Source of the DNA: Gammaproteobacteria bacterium | GTDB taxonomy: Bacteria; Pseudomonadota; Gammaproteobacteria; Eutrophobiales; Eutrophobiaceae | Reading direction: 5' to 3' | Assembly: GCA_965222155.1 (NCBI GenBank) | Contig: CBDCTH010000012.1 | Location: forward strand, 1,792,001 to 1,856,000 | DNA: 64,000 nt | In this document: piece after piece, positions 43,301 through 52,926 of the stretch | Position numbering within the stretch: position 1 is the stretch's first letter | Layout: each line of letters begins with the position of its first letter | The notes under the pieces: generated by a model | Databases searched by the model: none | Seen by the model: the letters and a program-made list of their open reading frames with translations, nothing else | Told to the model about the DNA's origin: nothing | Position numbers and translations under genes: made by a program

Positions 43301-44174
43301 CGCCGTCCACGCCAGACTGATGCTGCTGTCACCCTCTGCCGTCACCGTCAACCCGGTCGGCGCCCCCACTGTCACCGCGGTCACTACTGTACTCCCGGAC
43401 TTCATCCCCTCTCCCGCACTGTTACTGGCGCTCACCTGATAACAGTAGGTCGTCCCGCCCGTCACACTGCTGTCCGTGTACGTCGTGCCGGTCGTCGACA
43501 GACCGCTTCGCAAGACGCTCAACCCCGTGCAGGCGTTGCCGGTCCCCCGGTACAGTGTGTACGCCGTCAGGGCACTGCCACCGTCACTCCCCGGTACCTG
43601 CCCAAGTCAATACCACCTTGGCCGCCGTCGCCTGGCCCTCCAGAGTACCCGGCGCTCCCGGCGCAGTCGGCGTGCGCGCCGTCGCCGTCACTTCGTTTGA
43701 CCAATCACTGTCTCCACCCCGATACGCCGCCACCGCATAGCGGTAGGTTGTCCCGGCGGCCACAGTCGTATCGGTATACTCGGTGTTACCGGGGACTGCT
43801 ACCCAGGCCAACCATGGGAAAACACTGCAATCGCTGGAACTGCTCTCGTCACAACGATATACATTATACCCTTCAATGGCACCGCCGTCATCGTCAGCCG
43901 GCGCCGTCCACGCCAGACTGATGCTGCTGTCACCCTCTGCCGTCACCGTCAACCCGGTCGGCGCTCCCAGCGCTTGCACATTCACTGGTAATGAAACGAG
44001 GAACAGCAGACTCACTGATGAAAGGATCGGGGTTACACCAAACAAACCGGTGACAGCAGGTGGCAACCTGCGACATTGGACGTCTGAAGTGGTCCCCCTT
44101 ATGGCCATTTTCTGAAAAAAATGGGGGGGGGGGGGGGGGGGGGGGGGGAACAACCAGCTAATCATTCTTAACAT
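31330..44174 (-). CDS. Giant surface protein: ~26 FN3 domains + autotransporter-like barrel + TonB-dependent receptor (frameshifted in this assembly)
   Basis: ORFs 43584-44198, 43214-43522, 37130-43159 and 31330-36915 join across indels located in repeat copies. AGGAG RBS before ATG 44174; signal peptide ends VQA; C-terminal F. Confidence 0.8.
35881..38295 (-). repeat. Seven tandem 345-bp (115-aa FN3) repeats
   Basis: Anchor ccggtcggcgccgg recurs at ~35881, 36226, 36571, 36916, 37256, 37601, 37946 and 38291; one copy carries indels. Confidence 0.92.
39690..43970 (-). repeat. 600-bp (200-aa, FN3 pair) repeats: three tandem copies plus two to three further copies
   Basis: Sequence lines recur at exact 600-nt offsets (e.g. 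40081/40681/41281). Confidence 0.9.
44123..44148 (-). repeat. 26-nt poly-C tract (G on + strand) at the start of the giant gene
   Basis: Counted directly; encodes a poly-Pro run about 9 codons after ATG 44174. Confidence 0.9.
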
Positions 44175-44462
44175 GATTAAGTCTCCTGAAATATTCACAG
44201 GTTACGCGCAGCGTAGTAATTGGGAGAGGGGAGTAATTAGCCATTTGCAGTCGAAGCTGTTACATGGGCCGGGAGTCCTTACTCTTAGCATTGCCCTGTC
44301 CGATACAGACTGTTGGAAACAGGCAGACAAAAGCGGCTGTTATCAGCGACGGTAGCAACTGTAATTGGGACTTCATATCAACAATACTACCCTCGTGGCT
44401 ATCAAGCGCTAAAGAAAACAGAACTATCCATTTGCTTTTGCAAGGCTTAAACAGACTATGCG

Positions 44463-44650
44463 TTGCTGATAAATGCACTTCGACTGAATAAATAATATTA
44501 CAAAAAATTAAAAAATCATCATATATATGACTTTAAATTACATTTTAACCTATTTTGTAATTTATGTGCATAAAAAGATGCCTGAACAAGACCTGAATAG
44601 AAGAATTTAAAGCTTATTTTGATGCTTAATGTAGATTGTTGACTGGATAT
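44463..44650 (-). promoter_or_regulatory. Promoter block of the giant gene, paralog of 19194-19389
   Basis: Minus strand TGCACA-N17-TAAAAT overlapping an operator-like TGTAATTTAAAGTCA (44528-44542). Confidence 0.7.
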
Positions 44651-44734
44651 CTATGATCTTGCCTTGGACCGCAGGTAGCAATCAGCCAAAATCAACCAAA
44701 ATTCGGGGGGTTGGTATTAAACTTGGGTTAACTA

Positions 44735-47700
44735 TTATTGGCACATATTCGGAGTCAGCTGTAGAGAGATTTCAGCAAGTTGGGCTTGCGCCCGATTGAT
44801 GAGGTCGCCGGCCCGACCGGCCATCAATGGGCCACTGGAAAAAGTATCCACTGTTCTTTCTAATCGACTCAGCCACCTGCCGGGGAGATTGTTCCGACCG
44901 CATCCTGACAGACTGTTACGTAATACCTTTACTTTCTCAAAGTCTTCTATCCCTTCGCGCAGCAACTCCGAGCGAATGCTGGGCACGACTGTCATGTCCC
45001 TGTCGTTACTGCTCCGGTATACCAGTGAGAAATCACCCGCGCTATAGGCGCCCTCACGCAAGTCCAGCGGATCAGATGACCTCCAGTTATCAAAGGCCCA
45101 GCGCAAATAACCATCCTGGCGTCTTTGCAGGGCATGCCAGGGTAGTGCTGCCATGTCCAGTGGATCTGCATTGGCGGCAACGAAGCTGTTGGGGCGGGGT
45201 TGCACACAGCTTGTGTAGAAAGTGCTTATCTGGTCCGGGTAGTTAGTCCGGTTATCTGCATAGGTCCAGCCCAGGTACGCTGTGGGAGTACAGGTTTCTG
45301 ACCCCATACAGCGATATATGTCATAGCCTGTAGTAGCATTCCCAGTCCAACTCAGCTGGATTGCCGTGGCGCTTGCTGCCAGTGTTGTCAACTCAGTGGG
45401 TATTGTGCCGGTATTGCCTGGTTGCGCTGTGTCTGCTGCAATACGGTCATCTCGTTGGACTGGCTGTCGCAGACGGTCCCATTACACGCCTGCAACGCAG
45501 AGGGATAGGCCGATGCCACAGAGTAGTTGAAATCCCACCCTGACCACGAATCCCACACTTGGTGATTAACCATATCAGCAGCCATCGCCGTTATCTGGTG
45601 AGATCGGTTCCCGCAGCCGCTCCTGTTACATGCTTGCACCGTATAACGATAGGTCATATTCGCAGCCACATCAGAGTCGCTATAGGTGATACCGGATGCC
45701 ACCCAGTCCAACCAGGCAGGGATACAGGGACCATTCTCGTCCACACAGCGGTAGATGTTATAACCAGTCAGAGCGCTGCTGCCGGTTGCCGACGGCGCCG
45801 TCCAGTTCAACGTAATCCCCGTAGCGTTCATCGCAGTTAAGCCAGTCGGTTCCCCCGGAACGGTCGGTGTCTGTGCCATCACCGTCACGGGGGGTGACGG
45901 AGCACTGCAGACATCATTGCACGCGTCCACTGCATAGCGGTAGGTCTCGCCCGTTATCAACCCGCTGTCAACATAAGTGGCGCCGACCAGCACCATCGAA
46001 CCGGAGCTATCATAAAGCTTGCTGAGAACATGGTCATCAGGACCGTCATGCCCGTAACCAATATAAGCCAATCCGATTTTCCAGTTTTCATCAATGGCTC
46101 GAACCAGATTGATCACTGCCTCCGTATCGTCCTCAGAAGATTCGTCCATGTAGAGAACCGTTTTATCGAGCCATTCTTTTTCCAGCAGGTGAGCTCTGAA
46201 GTCAATTAAAAAATGTCTCCAGCGTGTATTCCAGGCAGATGACCCTACATCTGCTCGAAATGTTTTCTTGCTTTGAGTGGTCTCGTCCCAATAGGGGATG
46301 TCACCCCAGTTCCAGCCCACCGGAGAGAAAGCGCTGATCTGTTGATCAAGACCCCAGGCCGCAAGACGACTCACGTAGGTATCAAAAACAGAATAGTCGT
46401 ATTCCCGACTGCCGTTTCTTTTCAGCGTCCAACGGATCATGGACGGTGCGCCCAAGGCACCCTCTTTAATGTAAGTAGTCACGGTTCGCTGACCCAGTTC
46501 GGCCAGATAACGGTAGGTGGGTTCCAGCAGCGCATAATGTTCTTCCGACCAGAGTTCTATCCGACCTCCCGGATTAGCATCGTTGTATCGGTCCAGCACG
46601 GAGACGGGAAACTGCCACAAATCCAGGTGGAACTGCCGCTCTGCTGTTCCGGGCATAGTCCAGGTAGTAACCTGAAGCGAAACTTGAAGCGTTGTCCGGG
46701 CAACTGGTGTTGCCCCTGATACTGCATTGATAGTCACTGTAGCTGAGTATTCTCCAGCGGGAGTATCAGATGGGATATCCACTGACATCCACACCAATTC
46801 AGGCCAGGATAGCGGCAATGTCTGGTCCGGTCCGGAAAACAGCGCATCGGACAGGTATACAGTTGTATTCTCTTGCTCATAATTCTTATTGCAGCTACGT
46901 ACCTCGGTATGCCCGGCGACAAAACGGGGATAGCGGAACGATACCGCACTGGCTGGAATGACGTCATTCGTCACGCTTGTAAGATCAGTGGAAACCAGAG
47001 ATATTCGACTATTTGACGGGACGTGTTTGACCAGGATATGTTGCTGGATACGTTCGCCTTTCCAGGCGATGCTGTTCCATGTGGTTATACCAGATAGTTC
47101 AGGTAAAACATCTCTTCGGAACCATTGAGACCCGGATTCAAATGAAGCCTCAAGTTCGCCCAGGCAGGAACATATAGTCCCAGGTACAGCCGAAAGGTCA
47201 CTACATCCGGCAGATGCGCCCTTGAGTGCCTCATTCACCGCGCGCACCGAAAGCGAATACTGAACACCATCAATCAAACCGGTAACCGTATACGACTTTG
47301 TTGTCGTACCGGTGGGTATAATACTGATCCAGCTTCCATTGTCAGTCCCAGTCCTGATTAGAAGCTCCCATCCCGTGACAGGGCCTGATGGGGGCGTCCA
47401 ACTCAACGTGATTTGCCCATCAGCCGGTGTGGCTATCAGATTCGTCGGTGCATCTGGCGCGGACGCAATGGGCGGAGGTATCTCCCGTGCCACCGCCGTC
47501 ACTGCTTCAGACCGCTCTCCATTTGCATAATCCGGTGGATACGACGCTGCCACTGCATACAGATAGGTGGCGCCTTCAGTCACCCCGCCGGTCTCTCCAC
47601 CGGTGTCGGTGTAACTGGTTGGCGCAGGGGGGGCATCACCTTTATTCGCAACCCAGGCATGCCATTCCAACTCACAGGCCACCGCACCGGACTGCACACT

Positions 47701-48237
47701 GCAACGATACACGTTGTAACCCAATATGCCGTTTGCCGGCACCGTCCAAGTCAGACTAATCGAGGTCGTACTGGTGGCCACGATCGTCAGACCGGTCGGC
47801 GCCGCCGATAACGGCTTCTCCGGCTGCAGGGGCGACTCACCCTGCGCCACCGCCTCCACCTCATTCGACCAGTTACCTTCTTCAGCGCGGTAAGCCGCCA
47901 CCACATAACGGTGAGTCGTGCCTGAAATGAAGGGCTTGTCTGCCGTGCCGCTGTCCGTGTAGGTCGTGCCGCTCGTTACCCAGGCCAGCCAGTCGCTGTC
48001 GGCGTCGATGACACAACCCACCCCCTCACAGCGATACACGTTATAGGCTTCTATCGCACCGTACCCATCATCCGGCGGCGCCCTCCAACTCAGTACAATC
48101 CGGCCATCAGCGGATGCGGCAGTCAAATTCGTCGGCGTACCGGGAGCTACAGCCAGCGCCAAGGGAGAAACAACAAAAAACAATACACCATACAGTAACA
48201 GAGCAAAGCGGTTTGTTGCCAAGTTAGACTCTTCCAT
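44735..48237 (-). CDS. FN3-GH123-like protein, catalytic domain interrupted by FN3 modules; frameshift near 45390 (possible pseudogene)
   Basis: Signal peptide, 3 FN3, FHLDLWQ...LYMDE. The C-terminal TFYTSC...GYLRWAFDNW...SIRSELLREGIEDFEK lies in ORF 44735-45391. Confidence 0.75.
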
Positions 48238-48416
48238 ACCAAATCATCTTTAATCTGTAATTTAAGTTACACTCCCCCTTCGGTCCCGCAAATCAGGGGA
48301 ACACGGAAAGACAAATCCTACCGTTAAGGAGATTAAAGGGTTGAATATTATTGGCATATATATAGACACCAACTTACTATTGAACAGCAATATTTATTCA
48401 CAGATATCGCTTTTAA

Positions 48417-48458
48417 TGTAATAAGATTACATTTTAGGCCATAATCAAAGCAAGTCAA
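48417..48458 (-). promoter_or_regulatory. Sigma70 promoter with an abutting HexR-like operator
   Basis: Minus strand TTGACT-N16-TAAAAT running directly into TGTAATCTTATTACA (48417-48431). Confidence 0.75.
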
Positions 48459-48474
48459 TTGTTATCGGCAACTG

Positions 48475-50649
48475 CTATCGACACATATCGGGGGTTACTG
48501 ATTGCGACATTTCATGGAGTAACGCACGAGCTTGGGAAATAAGTTCAACTGACTGCCCGGCCATCAACTGCCCGGTTGAAAAAGTGTTGACTGTCTCTTG
48601 CAACCTGGTCAGCAAATCTTCTTTTTCACACCGTAACATCACATTACGTAGTACTTGAACTTTTTCATAATCCTCAATCCCATCACGCAGCAATTCCGAC
48701 CTGGCGCTGGGGATTACCGTCATGTCTTTGTCGTTGCTATTTCGATAAACGAATGAGAAATCACCCGCGGTAAATGAACCATCACGCAAGTCCAAGGGAT
48801 TGTGGGATTTCCAGTTGTCGAAGGCCCAGCGTAAATAGCCGTCATGTTCCCTGACCATGGCATACCAGGGCATTGCTGCCATATCCGCCGGATTGGCGTC
48901 AGCGGCAACGTAATTGTTCGGGCGCCTGAGCGAACAACTCGTGTAAAAAGTAGTTACCTGGTTTGCGTAAGTCTGTACATCTGTTTCACTTTCGTAATAC
49001 CCGGACACGTCGTAAAGACTGGCGATGACGCTCTCACCTGGGGCATGGCCGTAGGCCAGGCCGATTTTCCAATCCTTGTCATTGAAGCGAATCAGGCCGA
49101 TAACCGCTTCCATTTCTTCCTTGGGCACCTCGTCCATGTACAGGACGGTTTTCTCAAACCAGCCCTTTTCAAGCAAATGTTCCTTGAAACCGGTGAGAAA
49201 GTGATTCCATAACGCGTTATATTCTTTAGATCCTATGCTAGTCTTGAATATTTTCATTTTTCCACTGGCCTCATCCCAGAAGGGGAGTTCGTCCTTATTC
49301 CATCCAACCGGGGAAAAGGCGCTGATCTGATCATCAATGCCCCACTCGGCAAGACGCTCGACATGTGCATCAAAAACCGAATAGTCGTATTGCCAACGTT
49401 TTCCGTTATCCAGTGCAATCCAACGGATCATTGACGGTGCGGCGAAGGCTCCCTCCTTGATATAAGTAGTAACGGTTCGCTGGCCCAATTCAGCCAGGTA
49501 GCGATAGGTGGGTTCCAAAAGAGCGTAATGTTCAGCTGACCAGGTCTTTATCCGTCTTCCCGGGTTGGCGTCGTTGTATCGGTCCAGTACGGATACCGGA
49601 AATTGCCATAAATCCAGGTGAAACTGCCGTTCGGAGGCTGGTGGTATGCGCCAGGGGGTCACCTCAAATTCAACATGGAGGGATACCTGCTCGCCTGAAG
49701 TCGAACTGACGGTAACACTGCCAACGTAGTCGCCGGGTTGGGCGTCACCAGGGATATCTATCGACATCCAAATTATCGCGGGATAAGAACGCGGCCGGTT
49801 TCGAGGCTGTTGCGGAAACAACGCATCTGACAAGTAGACAGCTTCGTCCCGCTCCGGGTAACCGTCGCAATCACGCGCCTCGATATCGCCGATAACGAAT
49901 TGCGGGTATCGAAACGATACCGCGCTGGCCGGGATAATATTTGCTCGACTTTTGAAATCACCGACAACCACGGAAACTTTTTTGCGTGACAGGACACCCG
50001 TCACCAGTATTTGTTTCTGTATGCGTTCACCTCTCCAGACAACACTTTTCCACGCTGATACCCCTGAGAGCTTCGGTATATTGCTTTTTTGAAACCATTG
50101 GAATTCGGATTCAAAAGATGCCGCAAATGTATCGGCAGTGACCTTAGCGCCTTTGTTGTCAGCCTGTTCGGTAGTGTCTGTCTCATTAGCGGAACTTTGC
50201 GCCTCTTCATCTACGACTTCAATGGTGAAACGCAGGGAATCCGCATCGCCCGTGGTCCAATTCTCATCATCGTCATGGACCCATAAATGGAAGGTTCTCT
50301 TCTTTAAAGCGTATTTTGGCGTACCGCTCAATACGCGTGTGAATCGATCGAGGCTCAACCCTGGCGGTAATTTAGCCGGATCAAAGCTGTAATCGCTGAG
50401 TTCGTTATTGTTGATATCAGGATCAATGTTCCCACCTGTGGCTGCGGGAAGGGTTATCACGTCGATGGGTATCCCCTTAATAAAGACAAGGTTGCCGATT
50501 TTGGCGGTGCCAGGAAAGGTCGGTGCAGTGTCAGTTTGTGCGCCGGCTTGTCCCATCCACAAGCTTGCTATAAGCGTCAACATGATCAGACTCCCCACAA
50601 TTCGACGACTTTGCAGTGGGGCAGCTGCTTTACATATTGATATCCACAT
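48475..50649 (-). CDS. Secreted Ig-like domain + GH123-like (DUF4091) beta-N-acetylgalactosaminidase
   Basis: Signal peptide (AGA-Q); putative Ig domain (LPAATGG, LPPGLSLD..TRVLSGTP); FHLDLWQ, YMDE, GYLRWA and RSELLRDGIEDYEK motifs. Start uncertain. Confidence 0.8.
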   Translation of the reverse strand: MWISICKAAAPLQSRRIVGSLIMLTLIASLWMGQAGAQTDTAPTFPGTAKIGNLVFIKGIPIDVITLPAATGGNIDPDINNNELSDYSFDPAKLPPGLSLDRFTRVLSGTPKYALKKRTFHLWVHDDDENWTTGDADSLRFTIEVVDEEAQSSANETDTTEQADNKGAKVTADTFAASFESEFQWFQKSNIPKLSGVSAWKSVVWRGERIQKQILVTGVLSRKKVSVVVGDFKSRANIIPASAVSFRYPQFVIGDIEARDCDGYPERDEAVYLSDALFPQQPRNRPRSYPAIIWMSIDIPGDAQPGDYVGSVTVSSTSGEQVSLHVEFEVTPWRIPPASERQFHLDLWQFPVSVLDRYNDANPGRRIKTWSAEHYALLEPTYRYLAELGQRTVTTYIKEGAFAAPSMIRWIALDNGKRWQYDYSVFDAHVERLAEWGIDDQISAFSPVGWNKDELPFWDEASGKMKIFKTSIGSKEYNALWNHFLTGFKEHLLEKGWFEKTVLYMDEVPKEEMEAVIGLIRFNDKDWKIGLAYGHAPGESVIASLYDVSGYYESETDVQTYANQVTTFYTSCSLRRPNNYVAADANPADMAAMPWYAMVREHDGYLRWAFDNWKSHNPLDLRDGSFTAGDFSFVYRNSNDKDMTVIPSARSELLRDGIEDYEKVQVLRNVMLRCEKEDLLTRLQETVNTFSTGQLMAGQSVELISQARALLHEMSQSVTPDMCR

Positions 50650-50693
50650 CGCTTGTCGGAAAGACAGAATGATCAACAAACTGCTGAGAGCGT

Positions 50694-52322
50694 TCAATTT
50701 GCCATATACGTGAAATCGCTGGGCCACTCTCCGTATACGCGGTAGTTAATTCCCATCGCTGCATAGCGCTGACATTGAATTTCAATGCGTTTTCTGAAAT
50801 CGTCCAGGTCTTTTTCCCCCTTGGGACTCCAGGCAATCTCGGCCAGGGCAGACAGTCTTGGAAAGATCATGTATTCATAATAATCATTTGTCTTGATAAA
50901 CTCCGTCCATAGGTTGGCTTGCAGCCCGAGGACCTGTGCCTCTTGTTGCGGCGTGTACGTATCGGGGATCGGCTCCCACTGGTAAATAAGCTCAACCGAA
51001 TTGGGGCCGTTATCATTCCCTTCCCAGGGAGCGCCCGGCTCTCCCACGTAATTGGGGTAGTCGAAATAGAGGTAATTGGTGGGCGAGATAATGACACGAT
51101 GACCCTTTTTGATGGCAAGGTCGAGCGCCTCAGGCCGTAGGTGCAGCCACCACTGCACAACTGCCGCAGGGTTCACGTCAAAGTTAACTATTTCATCCCA
51201 GCCGATGGGTGTATAACCTTGGCCCACAATGAAGTCAGCCACGAACCGGTCGAAGTGCCCCTCCACCTCGTGCAGGTCGGTGTAGCCGTGTTCCTGCATG
51301 AAGGAATCTATTTCCGGTAATTTGGCCCAGTGATGGTTTCGAACTTCGTCACCGCCGAAATGAAGGTAGCCGGAGGGGAACAACTCCATGACTTCGGTCA
51401 GTATGTTCCTGACAAATTCATAGGTCTGCTTATTCCCGGGATTGAAGGTTTTGTCACCATCGAAGAATTCCGGATAGGCCCTGGCAGCCGCCTTGGAATG
51501 GCCCGGCATGTCAATTTCAGGTACAACCATGATGTGGCGCTGCCCGGCATACTCGATAATTTCACGGATTTCCTCTTTCGAGAAATACAGACGAGCAGGA
51601 CCTTCCGGGTTGGACATATCCCCGACAGCACCCACGTTGATGAGTTTTGGATACTGTTCTATCTCAAGGCGCCAACCCGGATCGTCCGTCAGGTGGAGGT
51701 GGAGTACGTTGAGTTTATGGATGGACATCGCATCAATGGTCTTTTTTAACTGCTCTTTGGAGAAGAAATGACGAGAGACATCAATCATCAGGCCTCTCCA
51801 TGAAAACCTCGGACGGTCGGTTATGTCAACGCGTGGGATTGACAGTTCATCAGGTCTGAGGAGATCGGGTTCCTGCGCGTAAATGCTTGGAGGGAACATC
51901 TGCAGTAGCGTTTGAACTCCATAGAACAGCCCTGCCGGGTCGGACGCCGAAATGTCGATTTGTTTACCGGTCACGCGTAGATGATAACCCTCCTTGTCTT
52001 GATCAGACATTTGCGGCGATGAAGCAAACAGACGCAAATTAATTGTGACCGAATCACTATCAGCCTTGCGTTGACGTATGGGCAACTCGAAACCGGCGGC
52101 TTTTCGCAGCCGCTCGGCAAGGTAGGATGCCGACGTGTGTGCGCGGTCATCAGCAACGATTGATGTTCGAGCATCTATCGAAAACGATCCCGAGGATTTT
52201 TTCAGTGAGAATGGCTTTGGAATAATCGTGAATTCAGGGTCTTCACCCTGTGCTAATAACGGTGTGCTGGAAAGGATGAACACGAAGGTAACTTTAATAA
52301 TAGGCAGAAGATAGCTTTTCAT
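50694..52322 (-). CDS. GH20 beta-N-acetylhexosaminidase, secreted
   Basis: D.PRFSWRGLMIDVSRHF, HLHLTDD.GWR, PEIDMPGH, HFGGDE, YLYFDY, LWTE and FPR motifs. Confidence 0.95.
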   Translation of the reverse strand: MKSYLLPIIKVTFVFILSSTPLLAQGEDPEFTIIPKPFSLKKSSGSFSIDARTSIVADDRAHTSASYLAERLRKAAGFELPIRQRKADSDSVTINLRLFASSPQMSDQDKEGYHLRVTGKQIDISASDPAGLFYGVQTLLQMFPPSIYAQEPDLLRPDELSIPRVDITDRPRFSWRGLMIDVSRHFFSKEQLKKTIDAMSIHKLNVLHLHLTDDPGWRLEIEQYPKLINVGAVGDMSNPEGPARLYFSKEEIREIIEYAGQRHIMVVPEIDMPGHSKAAARAYPEFFDGDKTFNPGNKQTYEFVRNILTEVMELFPSGYLHFGGDEVRNHHWAKLPEIDSFMQEHGYTDLHEVEGHFDRFVADFIVGQGYTPIGWDEIVNFDVNPAAVVQWWLHLRPEALDLAIKKGHRVIISPTNYLYFDYPNYVGEPGAPWEGNDNGPNSVELIYQWEPIPDTYTPQQEAQVLGLQANLWTEFIKTNDYYEYMIFPRLSALAEIAWSPKGEKDLDDFRKRIEIQCQRYAAMGINYRVYGEWPSDFTYMAN

Positions 52323-52326
52323 AATT

Positions 52327-52800
52327 GGCGGCTTCAAGTCATAATCGCTACAATGTGGTATCGTTCAGCTTCAGTCAGCTGTGTGTATCTCTTGGCTCTC
52401 AGAAATCACTCTTGAGTTGGTTTCAGTCAACCTGTGACATAGTCCAGCTGACTGTCTTCTTCGGGTGTTGCACTTATTATCTGAATTTGCGAAGTAATAT
52501 TTATTCATAAAATAAACGTAATAAGATTACATTCTAGGACATCTTCAACAGGTGTCAAGTATCCTGTAGGGTTTCCAACACGGCGATTGCCCAGGGCATG
52601 GGACGGTACCGCACGACCATCTGGCGCGAGTTACAACGCAATACCGATCGTTGACGGCAGGCTGCCGTCAACGAGATGAACCATCGGCCACGCAAAAGCT
52701 TGGGGTTTAAGACCCCGTGGGAAGTATTTTCTGAACCGGTTCAGAAAAATACCAGTACCAAACCACCACTTGTGTGTTGCACTTATGACTTGAAGCTGCC
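52327..52800 (+). mobile_element. IS30-family internally deleted remnant / MITE-like element
   Basis: 26-bp imperfect inverted repeats at 52327-52352 and 52775-52800; a third end-like copy at ~52465-52490; transposase bits AIAQGMGRYRTTIWRELQRN and NHRPRKSLGFKTPWEVF. Confidence 0.8.
52517..52558 (-). promoter_or_regulatory. Sigma70 promoter with an abutting HexR-like operator (GH20 operon)
   Basis: Minus strand TTGACA-N16-TAGAAT running directly into TGTAATCTTATTACG. Confidence 0.75.
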
Positions 52801-52926
52801 AAAGATGGCCCCAAGGCTACTAGTCCTTATCCTAACAGATGGGCTAAATTTAACGATTATGCATCAGAGTATGGCTGGAAAGAGAGAGAGAATGATCAAT
52901 ATGTTTCAATTTCTCAACCTCCCGAA

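Noticed and set aside
35881-43970. CRISPR array or DGR template/variable repeats
   Set aside because: The units are 345 and 600 bp in-frame coding repeats with no spacers and no adenine-specific variation, and there is no cas or reverse transcriptase gene.
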